Notes under the pieces: generated by a model
Databases searched by the model: none
Told to the model about the DNA's origin: nothing
Seen by the model: the letters and a program-made list of their open reading frames with translations, nothing else
In this document: one piece after another, positions 52,217 through 61,490 of the stretch
Layout of the letters: the number at the start of each line of letters is the position of its first letter
How positions within the stretch are numbered: the stretch's first letter is position 1
Program-made: the position numbers and the translations under genes
Assembly (NCBI GenBank): GCA_015061915.1
Contig: SUVR01000004.1
Coordinates: 53,093 to 117,092 of the forward strand
Source: Lentisphaerota bacterium
Lineage (GTDB): Bacteria; Verrucomicrobiota; Lentisphaeria; Victivallales; UBA1829
Reading direction: 5' to 3'
DNA length: 64,000 bases

Positions 52217-52367
52217 GCCTCTTCCACCAACGGCGGACGGGGCGGCACGGCGCGCGGTTAAACCGCGCTGCCGCCGTATGCGCAGTTTTCCTGCGCGCAT
52301 ACGGCGGCGGTTCTGCGCAGAGCGCAGAACCTGCCGTGCCGCCCGCTCCGCCGTTGGTGGAAGAGGC
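52217..52367. repeat. GC-rich nested palindromic element (four-way junction), element 2
   Basis: 21-bp perfect terminal IR (52217-52237/52347-52367) extended by about 13 bp, enclosing hairpins 52252-52268, 52270-52308 and 52309-52331. Confidence 0.88.
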
Positions 52368-52513
52368 GATCTCATCTGTTGTTCATTACCGTTTTTAAAT
52401 CTTTTTTTACATAATCTGCCGGTTGATTTTCTCATACGCAAGGTGTATATTATGTTTTTATGATTCATAAACTATCAACTAAAACATAAAACTGTGAAGG
52501 ATTCAAAGGAAAG

Positions 52514-54715
52514 ATGCTGAACTTTCATTTGAGCGTTGTGCAGCAGATCGCGATTCTCGCGCTTCAGCTGGGTGTCATCATTTTTGCCGCAAAGTTTTGC
52601 GGTGACTTTGCAAAAAAACTGAAAATGCCCTCCGTGCTGGGGGAACTGTGTGCCGGTATCATCATCGGTCCCTGCGTGCTTGGCGGTGCCGCTCTTGCGG
52701 GCAAACTGATCCAGTGGGGCATTCCGCTGGATGCGATCCACCTGGAAAACGGTCTGTTCGGTTTTACGCCGGATGTTGTTGCTCATGGGGTTGATGAAGC
52801 TGGAAAAGAAGCGGCAGTCACTTTGAAAAACATCACGTTCCAAACCTATCATTCTTCCCTTTATGCGCTTGCCACGATCGGCTCCATTCTTCTGCTGTTT
52901 ATGTCCGGTCTGGAAACGGACCTGCGGATGTTCTTCCGTTACTCTCTGGTCGGTACGATCGTGGGGATCGGCGGGGTGATCTTCTCCTACTTCTTCGGTG
53001 CGGGGATCGGCGTTTACATGCTGGGACTTTCCTGGATGGATCCGGTTTCAATGTTCCTGGGTATTCTCTGTACGGCGACCAGCGTGGGTATTACCGCGCG
53101 TATTCTTTCTGAAAAGAAGAAAGTGGATACACCGGAAGGTGTGACGATCCTTGCCGCGGCGGTGATCGACGACGTTCTCGGTGTGATCTGCCTCGCTGTT
53201 GTTGTCGGCATTGTCGGTGCCAGCAGTTCCGGAGGCACTCCGGCCTGGGGTGAAATCGGCATCACGGCGGCAAAATGTGTCGGTTTCTGGCTGGTTGCAA
53301 CTGCGATCGGTCTGCTTCTCGCCCGTCACATTGCAAAATTCCTCAAGATTTTCAAAAGCCCCATCATCTTTGCCTCTCTCTCCTTCGGTCTGGCACTGAT
53401 CCTGGCGGGTATTTTTGAAATGAACCACCTTGCCATGATCATTGGTGCATACGTTATGGGCTTGAGTCTTTCCAAGACGGATATTTCCTTTGCGATCCAG
53501 ACCGCACTTGAACCGCTCGCCGCATTCTTTGTGCCCATCTTCTTCGTGGTCATGGGTATGCTGGTGGATATCAGCGTTTTCGCAAAAATGGATGTTCTCA
53601 AGATCGGTGCGGTCTATGCTCTGCTGGCGATCATTGCCAAAGTTCTCGGCTGTGCGCTGCCGGCTCTGTTCATGAACTTCAACACCATCGGTTCCCTGCG
53701 TATCGGGTGCGGTATGATCCCCCGTGGTGAAGTTGCCCTCATCATTGCCGGTATCGGTATGACAATGGGGATCCTGGACAGCAATGTCTTCGGTATTGCG
53801 ATCATCATGACGCTGGCGACCACGCTCTTTGCGCCGCCCCTGCTCTCCTTCACCCTCAGTGTCGGCGGCAAAGGCACCCGCAAGGATGAAAAAGATATGT
53901 CGGTGGTTCACACCTCCTTCCCCTTCCCCTCTGTCATGGTTACGGACTTTGTACTTCGTCGCCTCATTGAAAATCTGGAATCGGAAGGGTACATGCTTTC
54001 CCATCTGGACAAAGATTCCGGCGTGCTTCAGATCCGCAAGGACAACCTCTCCTTTGCTCTGACCAAGAGTCCGAAGGAATTTGTGTTTGAATCCAACCCG
54101 GACGAAGTCCCGTTCATCCGTGCCATCATGTTTGAATCCATCGTGGCACTGCATCAGGATCTGGAAGGTCTGAAGAAACTGGCGAATCCGGAAGAGATCC
54201 GCAAGGATTACTTTGACGCTTCCGCTGAAGTCTTTGCGCCGGAAAACAGCAAGCAGATCCGCACTATGATCGAAAAAGGACTCTGCCTCAACAGCATCAT
54301 CATGGATCTGAAAGCAAACACCAAGGAAGCAGTCATCAAAGAAATGATCTGCCGCCTCGCCGGCAATGGTCTGCTTCTGGATAAAGATCTCTGCGAAAAA
54401 GATGTTCTGGAACGGGAAGCGATCGTTTCCACCTGCTTCCAGAACGGGATCGCCCTGCCCCACGGCAGAACGGACGGGGTCAAGGAACTGGTCGCGGCTG
54501 TCGGTATCAACCGGAACGGTTACAATTTTGATGCCATTGACGGCAAGCCCTCCAAGATCTTTGTGATGTGCCTCAGCCCGAAAAACTCGGATGGTCCCCA
54601 CATCGAATTTGTGGCAACGGTCGGCTCCGTGCTGGCAAAACAGGAAAACATTGACAGTATTCTTTCTGCCGAAACGCCGGAAGAAGTCTTTGCGATCCTG
54701 GACATCAAAAAGTAA
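52514..54715 (+). CDS. Cation:proton antiporter (CPA2) fused to a C-terminal PTS EIIA (Fru/Ntr-type) domain
   Basis: PSVLGEL, GLETD, ATSVGIT, AAVIDD and GMIPRGEV motifs; C-terminal ERE..ST..GIALPHGR. Confidence 0.92.
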   Translation: MLNFHLSVVQQIAILALQLGVIIFAAKFCGDFAKKLKMPSVLGELCAGIIIGPCVLGGAALAGKLIQWGIPLDAIHLENGLFGFTPDVVAHGVDEAGKEAAVTLKNITFQTYHSSLYALATIGSILLLFMSGLETDLRMFFRYSLVGTIVGIGGVIFSYFFGAGIGVYMLGLSWMDPVSMFLGILCTATSVGITARILSEKKKVDTPEGVTILAAAVIDDVLGVICLAVVVGIVGASSSGGTPAWGEIGITAAKCVGFWLVATAIGLLLARHIAKFLKIFKSPIIFASLSFGLALILAGIFEMNHLAMIIGAYVMGLSLSKTDISFAIQTALEPLAAFFVPIFFVVMGMLVDISVFAKMDVLKIGAVYALLAIIAKVLGCALPALFMNFNTIGSLRIGCGMIPRGEVALIIAGIGMTMGILDSNVFGIAIIMTLATTLFAPPLLSFTLSVGGKGTRKDEKDMSVVHTSFPFPSVMVTDFVLRRLIENLESEGYMLSHLDKDSGVLQIRKDNLSFALTKSPKEFVFESNPDEVPFIRAIMFESIVALHQDLEGLKKLANPEEIRKDYFDASAEVFAPENSKQIRTMIEKGLCLNSIIMDLKANTKEAVIKEMICRLAGNGLLLDKDLCEKDVLEREAIVSTCFQNGIALPHGRTDGVKELVAAVGINRNGYNFDAIDGKPSKIFVMCLSPKNSDGPHIEFVATVGSVLAKQENIDSILSAETPEEVFAILDIKK

Positions 54716-54730
54716 TTTCTGACTGTGAAT

Positions 54731-55867
54731 ATGAAAAAGGAAGCTGCGAAACAGAAAAAAATCTGCTTCAAAGGCGTCCTTTTTTATGCCGTCATTTCCA
54801 CCCTGCTGACACTGACGGGAATAGGAGGTGCATTTCTTATGGCGAGATTCGGTTCATTGCCCACTGCCGCAGAAACAGCACAATGGCAAGAACTTGAAAA
54901 CTACCGGGACGGCAGATTCCACAATCTGGAAACCAACGACTTTGCAGCAAAAAAAGCGGTCCGGAAATCGGGTTTCCTCAAGTTTCTTTTCAAGTCAAAA
55001 AATGCGCCATCCTTTTCGATCCCGCAAAAACAGGACCGGCACAACAATGCTCCGCTCAAGGATGCGTTCAGTGTTTACTGGCTGGGACATTCCAGCCTGA
55101 TCTTTGAGTTGGGCGATGCCCGTTTTATGACGGATCCGGTCTTCGGAAATGCGGCTCCGGTTCCGGGGATCGTCACCCGTTACTGCGAACCGCCTATCCG
55201 CCGGGAGGAACTGCCGGAGCTGGACTTCATCATTGTTTCCCACGACCATTACGATCACCTGGAATATACCACGATCCGGGCGCTGAAAGATACCGAAATT
55301 ATCTTTGTCACGCCCGTTGGTGTCGGTGCAAGGCTCCGCTCCTTCGGGATCAAGCCGGAGAACATCCGGGAACTTTACTGGTACGAAAGCACGCAGATCG
55401 GCAATACCACGATCACTGCCGCTCCCGGACGACACTTTTCCGGCAGAACACTGAAAGACCGTTACAAAACGCTCTGGGCAAGCTGGATCATCGAAAACGG
55501 CGGAAAAAAGATCTTTTTCGGCGGCGACAGCGGCTATGGAAAACATTTCAAAGAGATCGGAAAAAAATTCGGTCCTTTTGATCTCGTCTGTCTTGAAATT
55601 GATGCGTGGAACGAAAACTGGAAGAACAATCATATGTTCCCGCACGAATTTCCGGTAGCGGCAAAAGAGCTGAACGCAAAACTTGCCATGCCCATTCATT
55701 GGGCGGTGTTTGACCTCGCTATGCACCCGTGGAAAGAATCCATCACGTTGGTAACGGACGAGGCAAAAAAAGCCGGACTCCCTCTTTTCACCCCCATGAT
55801 GGGTGAGATCGCTTATCCCGGAATAACAAAAACCTGCCCCTGGTGGCAGGAGCTGCCGGAGCGTTGA
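54731..55867 (+). CDS. MBL-fold metallo-hydrolase (RomA/NAPE-PLD-like), membrane anchored
   Basis: WLGHSS, TDPVF, SHDHYDHL, HFSGR, GGDSGY and PIHW motifs. Confidence 0.9.
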   Translation: MKKEAAKQKKICFKGVLFYAVISTLLTLTGIGGAFLMARFGSLPTAAETAQWQELENYRDGRFHNLETNDFAAKKAVRKSGFLKFLFKSKNAPSFSIPQKQDRHNNAPLKDAFSVYWLGHSSLIFELGDARFMTDPVFGNAAPVPGIVTRYCEPPIRREELPELDFIIVSHDHYDHLEYTTIRALKDTEIIFVTPVGVGARLRSFGIKPENIRELYWYESTQIGNTTITAAPGRHFSGRTLKDRYKTLWASWIIENGGKKIFFGGDSGYGKHFKEIGKKFGPFDLVCLEIDAWNENWKNNHMFPHEFPVAAKELNAKLAMPIHWAVFDLAMHPWKESITLVTDEAKKAGLPLFTPMMGEIAYPGITKTCPWWQELPER

Positions 55868-55868
55868 G

Positions 55869-57263
55869 ATGGCTCCCCGCTGTACCCTCACGTTCAACGA
55901 AGGTACCCTGATCCTGTCCGGCGATCCGGATGCGCTGACTCTGCTCCGGGATGAACTTACTTATGATGATCGGATCCGTTCCTGGCGCGCTCCGGCATAC
56001 CGTTATGAAGCAATCATGCGCACCCTTTACGGCGCTGGCGTAACGGTCACGGACAACGCCCGGAATTATCCGGATCTGCCACTGACACTCCACTCCCCCC
56101 ACAAGCCTCTGAAGCACCAGCAGTACGCTATGCAGCAATGGCTGACGGCAAAAAGGCGCGGCGTCGTCGTGATGCCTACCGGATCGGGTAAGACTTTTCT
56201 TGCGTTCCTTGCCATCCAGAGCGTACAGCGCCCCACTCTTGTCATTGTTCCGACGATCGATCTGCTTCAGCAATGGGCGCGGCAGCTGGAGGAGGCGTTT
56301 CAGATCCCGGTCGGTATGCTGGGCGGCGGAAGTCACGACATCCAGCCGGTCACGGTATCCACCTACGACTCTGCGGTCCTGCGTATGAATGAGATCGGCA
56401 ACCGTTTCGGACTGGTCATCTTTGACGAATGTCATCACCTGCCCGGTGAAATCAACCGCAGTGCCGCCACGCTCTGCCTCGCTCCTTACCGGCTGGGCTT
56501 GACCGCCACCCCCGAACGGAACGACGACGGCGAGGAAGTGCTGCAGCGGATCGTAGGCAATATCGTCTGCCGCATCCATATTGACGAGTTGGAAGGGACC
56601 GTGCTTTCCCCCTATGTAACAAAGCGGATCTTTGTGCCGCTGGAGCCGGATGAACTGGCGGAATATCAGGCGGCGCGAAAGAAATATGTGGATTTTGTCC
56701 GGGCAAACAACATTGATTTTCAGGCACCGGATGGCTGGCAGCGTTTTATGCTTCTCTGCGCACGGATGAACGGCGGCCGTGCCGTACTTCAGGCGTGGCT
56801 CCGGCAACGGGAGATCGCCCGCTGCGGCAGGGCAAAACTCAATGTACTCTGGCAGATCATCCGGAATCATCCCGCGGAGCGTTGCATCATCTTCACGGCG
56901 GACAACGACACTGCGTACCGGATCGGCGAGGCGCTCTGTTTCCCCGTTCTCACCCACAAGACAAAGGCGGCGGAACGGAAAGAATTTCTGGCAAAATTCC
57001 GGTCCGGTGAATACAATGTTCTTGTGACCAGCCGGGTATTGAACGAAGGTGTGGACGTACCGGAAGCATCCATCGGGATCGTGGTTTCCGGCTCGGCAGG
57101 GACACGGGAACACGTACAGCGGCTGGGGCGTATCCTGCGCCGGAGCAAAGAAGGCAAACTGGCACAACTGTTTGAACTGGTCAGCGAAGGAACCTCCGAG
57201 ATGAGTGTCAGCGAACGACGCCGCGCCAACCGGGCATACAACCGCAGGAGGACATCATGCTGA
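55869..57263 (+). CDS. Superfamily 2 helicase, XPB/Rad25-like
   Basis: MPTGSGKT, DECHH, LGLTAT, LNEGVDVP and QRLGRILR motifs; N-terminal WRAPAYRY domain. Confidence 0.92.
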   Translation: MAPRCTLTFNEGTLILSGDPDALTLLRDELTYDDRIRSWRAPAYRYEAIMRTLYGAGVTVTDNARNYPDLPLTLHSPHKPLKHQQYAMQQWLTAKRRGVVVMPTGSGKTFLAFLAIQSVQRPTLVIVPTIDLLQQWARQLEEAFQIPVGMLGGGSHDIQPVTVSTYDSAVLRMNEIGNRFGLVIFDECHHLPGEINRSAATLCLAPYRLGLTATPERNDDGEEVLQRIVGNIVCRIHIDELEGTVLSPYVTKRIFVPLEPDELAEYQAARKKYVDFVRANNIDFQAPDGWQRFMLLCARMNGGRAVLQAWLRQREIARCGRAKLNVLWQIIRNHPAERCIIFTADNDTAYRIGEALCFPVLTHKTKAAERKEFLAKFRSGEYNVLVTSRVLNEGVDVPEASIGIVVSGSAGTREHVQRLGRILRRSKEGKLAQLFELVSEGTSEMSVSERRRANRAYNRRRTSC

Positions 57264-58426
57264 CAAAAGATCTGCTCCGGCTCCGGGCGTCCGGATCGTA
57301 CCTGCGTCCACAATTTCTCAAAACGGATGACCACGAACTGCTCCAATTTGCAAAGGAACTGATCGCCATTTATGAAGAGGGGATCGGAGAACAGGCGGAA
57401 ACGCTGGATAATCTGGCGGAGATGCTCGTGCTGCGTCAGAAAGATCTGAAACTGGCGCGGGGACTGCTCAAAGTCGTACGCAGCCGTGCAATTTTTTCCG
57501 GCGAAAACGATGATTTTCCGTACACGGAAAAACGGCAGGAAGTCTTTGCCCGCACCATGGAACTGCTCCGCAGCGGCGCCCTGCCGGAAGATCCCCGCTC
57601 TGTCCGGGATCACATCTACCCGGACACCCGCCTTCTCTACGGCGATCTGCCTGAAAACGAGGCGTTGATCCGGTTCAAAAAGACTTTCCCGCAGGAAGCA
57701 TTGGAGCGCTACAACACCGGACTGGTTCAAGGGGCATTGCTCACAGCAGGGGCACTGGAACTTTCCATTCCGGCAGCAACTCCGGCGGCGGACTTGCGAA
57801 ACCTGTTCCGGAGCTTGCGTTTCTTCCGGCTTCTATTCTCCGGCTGCATCGAAAAAAAGATGCTGAAACTGGTCATCGACGGTCCCGCTTCCATCCTTGA
57901 AAACAGTCTCAAGTACGGGTTGCAGCTCGCCTGTTTCTTCCCGGCGGTCTGCCGTCTGCCACAATGGAAACTGGCTTGTTCCGTGATGAAAAACGGAAAG
58001 ATATACCGGCTTGTACTGGATGAAAGTTCCCGTCTGCAAAGCCATCGTGCCCAATTCAGCGGAAATCTGGAGGAACACCGGATGTTCCTCGCCTACTTCC
58101 GTGAACACGGCGAAGGCTGGAAAATTGATGACACTCCCGGATACCTCTCCCCCGATCCGCAGCGGATCATCTTCCCCGATTTTCAGTTCACGAAGGACGG
58201 CAGAACGGTCTGTCTGGAACTGTTCCACCGCTGGCACGCAACCGCCTTGAACGAACGGCTGGCGAATCCTCCGGAGGGACTCATCATCGGAGTGGACCGA
58301 TCGCTGTTGAAAAAAGACGGCGTTCTGAAAGCAAAACTGGAAGCAGATCCCTTCTTTCAAAAATGCGGTTTCTTTTTCCGCGACTTCCCCGGCACGGAAA
58401 ATGTACTGAAATTGTTGAATAAATAA
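57257..58426 (+). CDS. DUF790 family (Bax1-like) predicted endonuclease
   Basis: MLTKDLL start, LYGDL, RYNxxLVQG, DGPAS..KYGLQLA and PDFxF...LELFHRW nuclease-like motif. Overlaps the helicase. Confidence 0.85.
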   Translation: MLTKDLLRLRASGSYLRPQFLKTDDHELLQFAKELIAIYEEGIGEQAETLDNLAEMLVLRQKDLKLARGLLKVVRSRAIFSGENDDFPYTEKRQEVFARTMELLRSGALPEDPRSVRDHIYPDTRLLYGDLPENEALIRFKKTFPQEALERYNTGLVQGALLTAGALELSIPAATPAADLRNLFRSLRFFRLLFSGCIEKKMLKLVIDGPASILENSLKYGLQLACFFPAVCRLPQWKLACSVMKNGKIYRLVLDESSRLQSHRAQFSGNLEEHRMFLAYFREHGEGWKIDDTPGYLSPDPQRIIFPDFQFTKDGRTVCLELFHRWHATALNERLANPPEGLIIGVDRSLLKKDGVLKAKLEADPFFQKCGFFFRDFPGTENVLKLLNK

Positions 58427-58522
58427 CATTTTTTTCCTTGATTTTTCTCTCTGAAGCTGTATCTTTCTTCTGTCGGTATCCATTTATCAACCAAAACCAA
58501 CAGAAAGTCATGAGAGATCATC

Positions 58523-59605
58523 ATGAAAATTGAAGAAATCGACAAAAATTTCAAGACCGCTGACCTCGGCGGCACCCCTGTGAATTTTTATAACGCCTGT
58601 ACCGCCCCCTTTGTGATCGAAGGTTTTGCGTGGCGCAAAGACGGCGAGACAACGTTCTACCGTCTGCCCCGCAATTTCACGAAGGACGATGTGAACGAAG
58701 GCGCTCTTTATCTCGCCAACAACACCTCCGGCGGCGTGATCCGTTTCCGCACAAATTCCCCGTATATCGCCATCCGGGCGAAACTGGTCTACTCCGCCGA
58801 TATGAACCATATGCCCCGCGCAGGCAGTGCCGGGTTCGACATCTACCGCGGCAGACACCATGTGGGCACTGCTCAGCCCAGTCGGGATCAGGCGGCTATG
58901 GAACAGATCCTCTGCCAGAATCCCCTGCCCGGAAAGATGGGCGATTTCACCGTGAATATGCCCCTTTACGGCGGCTGTGCGGATATTGAGATCGGGCTGG
59001 CTCCGGGAGCAAAACTCCTTCCCCCGAAAGCACATAAAGTCAAACTGCCGATCCTTTTCTACGGCTCCTCCATCACCCAGGGCGGATGCGCCTCCCGTCC
59101 GGGCAATATGTACCCCTCTCACCTGTGCCGTGCAGTGGATGCCCCCCAGATCAATCTGGGCTTCTCCGGGTCCGGCAGGGGCGAGATCGCGGTGGCGAAG
59201 GCGATCGCTTCCGTTCCGCTGGCGGCATTCGTTATGGACTACGACCACAACGCCCCCAATGTTGAACATCTGGAAAAGACTCACGAAAAGTTCTTCAAGG
59301 CGATCCGGAAAAAACAGCCGCTTGTACCCATCATCATTATGAGCAAGTGCGACATTTATCCCGAATTCAAAAACGGAACATACGCCGACAGCTGCAAGCG
59401 CAAAGCGGTCATTTACAAGACATACGAAAATGCGGTCAAAGCCGGTGACAAACATGTTTACTTCATTGATGGTGAGGTCCTCTTCGGCAAGTCGGAACGC
59501 ACCACCTGCACCGTGGACCGCTGTCACCCCAACGATTACGGCTTCTTTATGATGTATAAAGCCGTATTGCCCGTCCTCAAAAAAGCGCTGGCGGAAGCCG
59601 AATAA
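58523..59605 (+). CDS. SGNH/GDSL hydrolase with N-terminal GxDLY-like domain (probable carbohydrate esterase)
   Basis: RFRTNS, GFDIY, YGSSITQG, NLGFSG and DRCHPND motifs. Confidence 0.9.
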   Translation: MKIEEIDKNFKTADLGGTPVNFYNACTAPFVIEGFAWRKDGETTFYRLPRNFTKDDVNEGALYLANNTSGGVIRFRTNSPYIAIRAKLVYSADMNHMPRAGSAGFDIYRGRHHVGTAQPSRDQAAMEQILCQNPLPGKMGDFTVNMPLYGGCADIEIGLAPGAKLLPPKAHKVKLPILFYGSSITQGGCASRPGNMYPSHLCRAVDAPQINLGFSGSGRGEIAVAKAIASVPLAAFVMDYDHNAPNVEHLEKTHEKFFKAIRKKQPLVPIIIMSKCDIYPEFKNGTYADSCKRKAVIYKTYENAVKAGDKHVYFIDGEVLFGKSERTTCTVDRCHPNDYGFFMMYKAVLPVLKKALAEAE

Positions 59606-59620
59606 CAGCAGGAGGGTTTT

Positions 59621-61348
59621 ATGGTCCACAGTTACCCCGTTTATCCCACCCGCACCCGCACGGATCTCGGCGGGCTCTGGGATTTTGCGTTCCTCTCTGA
59701 AAAGGAAGCCGCCCTCCCCGAATTTGAATCGCCGGCAGGGATCGTCTTCAACGATAAACAACTCGTTCCCGGCTGCTTCGATGCCACCGGCACGTACGCC
59801 GGACAGCGTGGGATCGGGATCTACCGGACCGCAGTCAAAGTCGGCAAGTCCGGCAAAGTCCGTCTGGAGATCGGTGCCACCACCGTTTCCGCAAAGATTT
59901 TCTGGGACAACGCCCTGATCGCCGAAAACAAGCTCGCCTACTCCGGCGTGGCATATGAGTTCGATACCACCGCCGGTAAGCACGAACTGGTCGTTGCGGT
60001 GGAAAACCGGATCGATACGGACTATAACCCGCTGGCGTGGAACTATTACGACTTCCATTTCGCTGGCGGTATCCTCCGCTCCATCTGCCTGTATGAACTG
60101 CCGGAAGGAACCCGCCTCGGACGCTGCGCTGTCACCACACTGGACATCGCCACTGGAAAAGTCCGGTTGGATTCAGAACTGGTCAACGCACCGGAAGCCA
60201 TGATCCAGACACTCGCGGTTGCCTTCGATGATGCCGCCGCCCAGCCGTACGAATTTTCCTTCGCCAACGGCGTGGCAACGCTGGAACTGAACGTGCCGGA
60301 CTTCAAACTCTGGAGTCCGGAAGAACCCAACCTCCACATCGTAACGGTCTCCCTGCCCGATGGCTCCGATGCCGTTACCGAACGCTTCGGGATCCGCACT
60401 GTGGAGACGAAAGATCAGAAGATCCTGCTCAACGGAAAGCCGATCTATCCCGCCGGTTACAACCGCCACGAAGCGCATCCGGAATTCGGCGTGACCCTGC
60501 CTCCGGCGATCATGATGGAAGACCTGCAGATCCTCCGCTCCATGAACTGCAATTTTGTGCGCGGCTGCCATTATCCGCAGGACCAGTATTTCCTGGATCT
60601 CTGCGACGAACTGGGCTTTATGGTCTGGGAAGAATCTCTCGGCTGGGGCAACCGGCCGGAACAGGGCGAACGGGAAGACTTCTGCGCTCTTCAGCGGGAA
60701 CAGACCGTTCTCATGGTCAGAAACAGCCGCAACCACCCCTGCGTGATCATGTGGGGCTTCCTGAATGAATGTCACTCCCATACCGAGCCGTATCGCAAAC
60801 TCATCGGGCAGCTGGTCAAAGACATCAAGGCGCTCGACACCACCCGCCCCACCACGTTTGCCTCCATGATGATCGCATACGGCGAACAGTGTCTGGATCT
60901 GGTGGATATCATCTCCTGCAACACCTATCCCGGCTGGTACGGCGTTGACAACAACGAACCGGATCCGCAGAGGAAGATCGCACCCCGCATGGATCAGGTC
61001 ATTGCGGAAACAAGCACCCCCGAACTGGTGAACAAGCCCCTGCTGATCAGCGAGATCGGTACCGCCGCTCTTGCCGGATGTCACGACAGAGTCCGCAGAC
61101 AGCAGTGGACCGAGGAGTTTCAGAACGATTACATTCAGGAAGTCATCGACGTTCTGACGGAACGCCCCCGGATTCAGGGCTTGATCCTCTGGCAGTTCTG
61201 CGATGCCCGCACCTATGTGGGTGGAGGCGCTCTGAACCGGGCAAGAGGTTTCAACAACAAAGGTTCACTGGATGAATACCGCCGGGAAAAACTGGTGGCG
61301 GATACCGTCCGGCACGCCTTCACGAAAGCACCTTTTAACGGAAAATAA
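59621..61348 (+). CDS. GH2 glycoside hydrolase, beta-glucuronidase-like
   Basis: GYNRHE, RGCHYPQ, WGFLNE, ISEIG and NNKG (N-K motif of glucuronidases). Confidence 0.88.
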   Translation: MVHSYPVYPTRTRTDLGGLWDFAFLSEKEAALPEFESPAGIVFNDKQLVPGCFDATGTYAGQRGIGIYRTAVKVGKSGKVRLEIGATTVSAKIFWDNALIAENKLAYSGVAYEFDTTAGKHELVVAVENRIDTDYNPLAWNYYDFHFAGGILRSICLYELPEGTRLGRCAVTTLDIATGKVRLDSELVNAPEAMIQTLAVAFDDAAAQPYEFSFANGVATLELNVPDFKLWSPEEPNLHIVTVSLPDGSDAVTERFGIRTVETKDQKILLNGKPIYPAGYNRHEAHPEFGVTLPPAIMMEDLQILRSMNCNFVRGCHYPQDQYFLDLCDELGFMVWEESLGWGNRPEQGEREDFCALQREQTVLMVRNSRNHPCVIMWGFLNECHSHTEPYRKLIGQLVKDIKALDTTRPTTFASMMIAYGEQCLDLVDIISCNTYPGWYGVDNNEPDPQRKIAPRMDQVIAETSTPELVNKPLLISEIGTAALAGCHDRVRRQQWTEEFQNDYIQEVIDVLTERPRIQGLILWQFCDARTYVGGGALNRARGFNNKGSLDEYRREKLVADTVRHAFTKAPFNGK

Positions 61349-61381
61349 TACAGAAAATCAAAAAATAATAGTTTTTGTCAA

Positions 61382-61409
61382 TTGAAAACGGCAAAACTTC
61401 ATCTATAAT
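61382..61409 (+). promoter_or_regulatory. Putative promoter
   Basis: TTGAAA-N16-TATAAT. Confidence 0.6.
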
Positions 61410-61490
61410 AATGGATGAAGCTTACGTTTCTTTTACAAAACATCAAACCAAAACAGCAGGCAAAAGCCTGTAAATGAGGAGTAAAAAACT

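Noticed and set aside
52154-52468. Arg-rich ORFs on both strands (52154-52468 -, 52209-52463 +)
   Set aside because: Artefacts of the GC-rich palindrome; no RBS or protein-like composition.
54731-55867. MBL-fold proteins (also 15554-16390) as beta-lactamases
   Set aside because: Motifs match the RomA/NAPE-PLD-like and PhnP-like families, not class B beta-lactamases.
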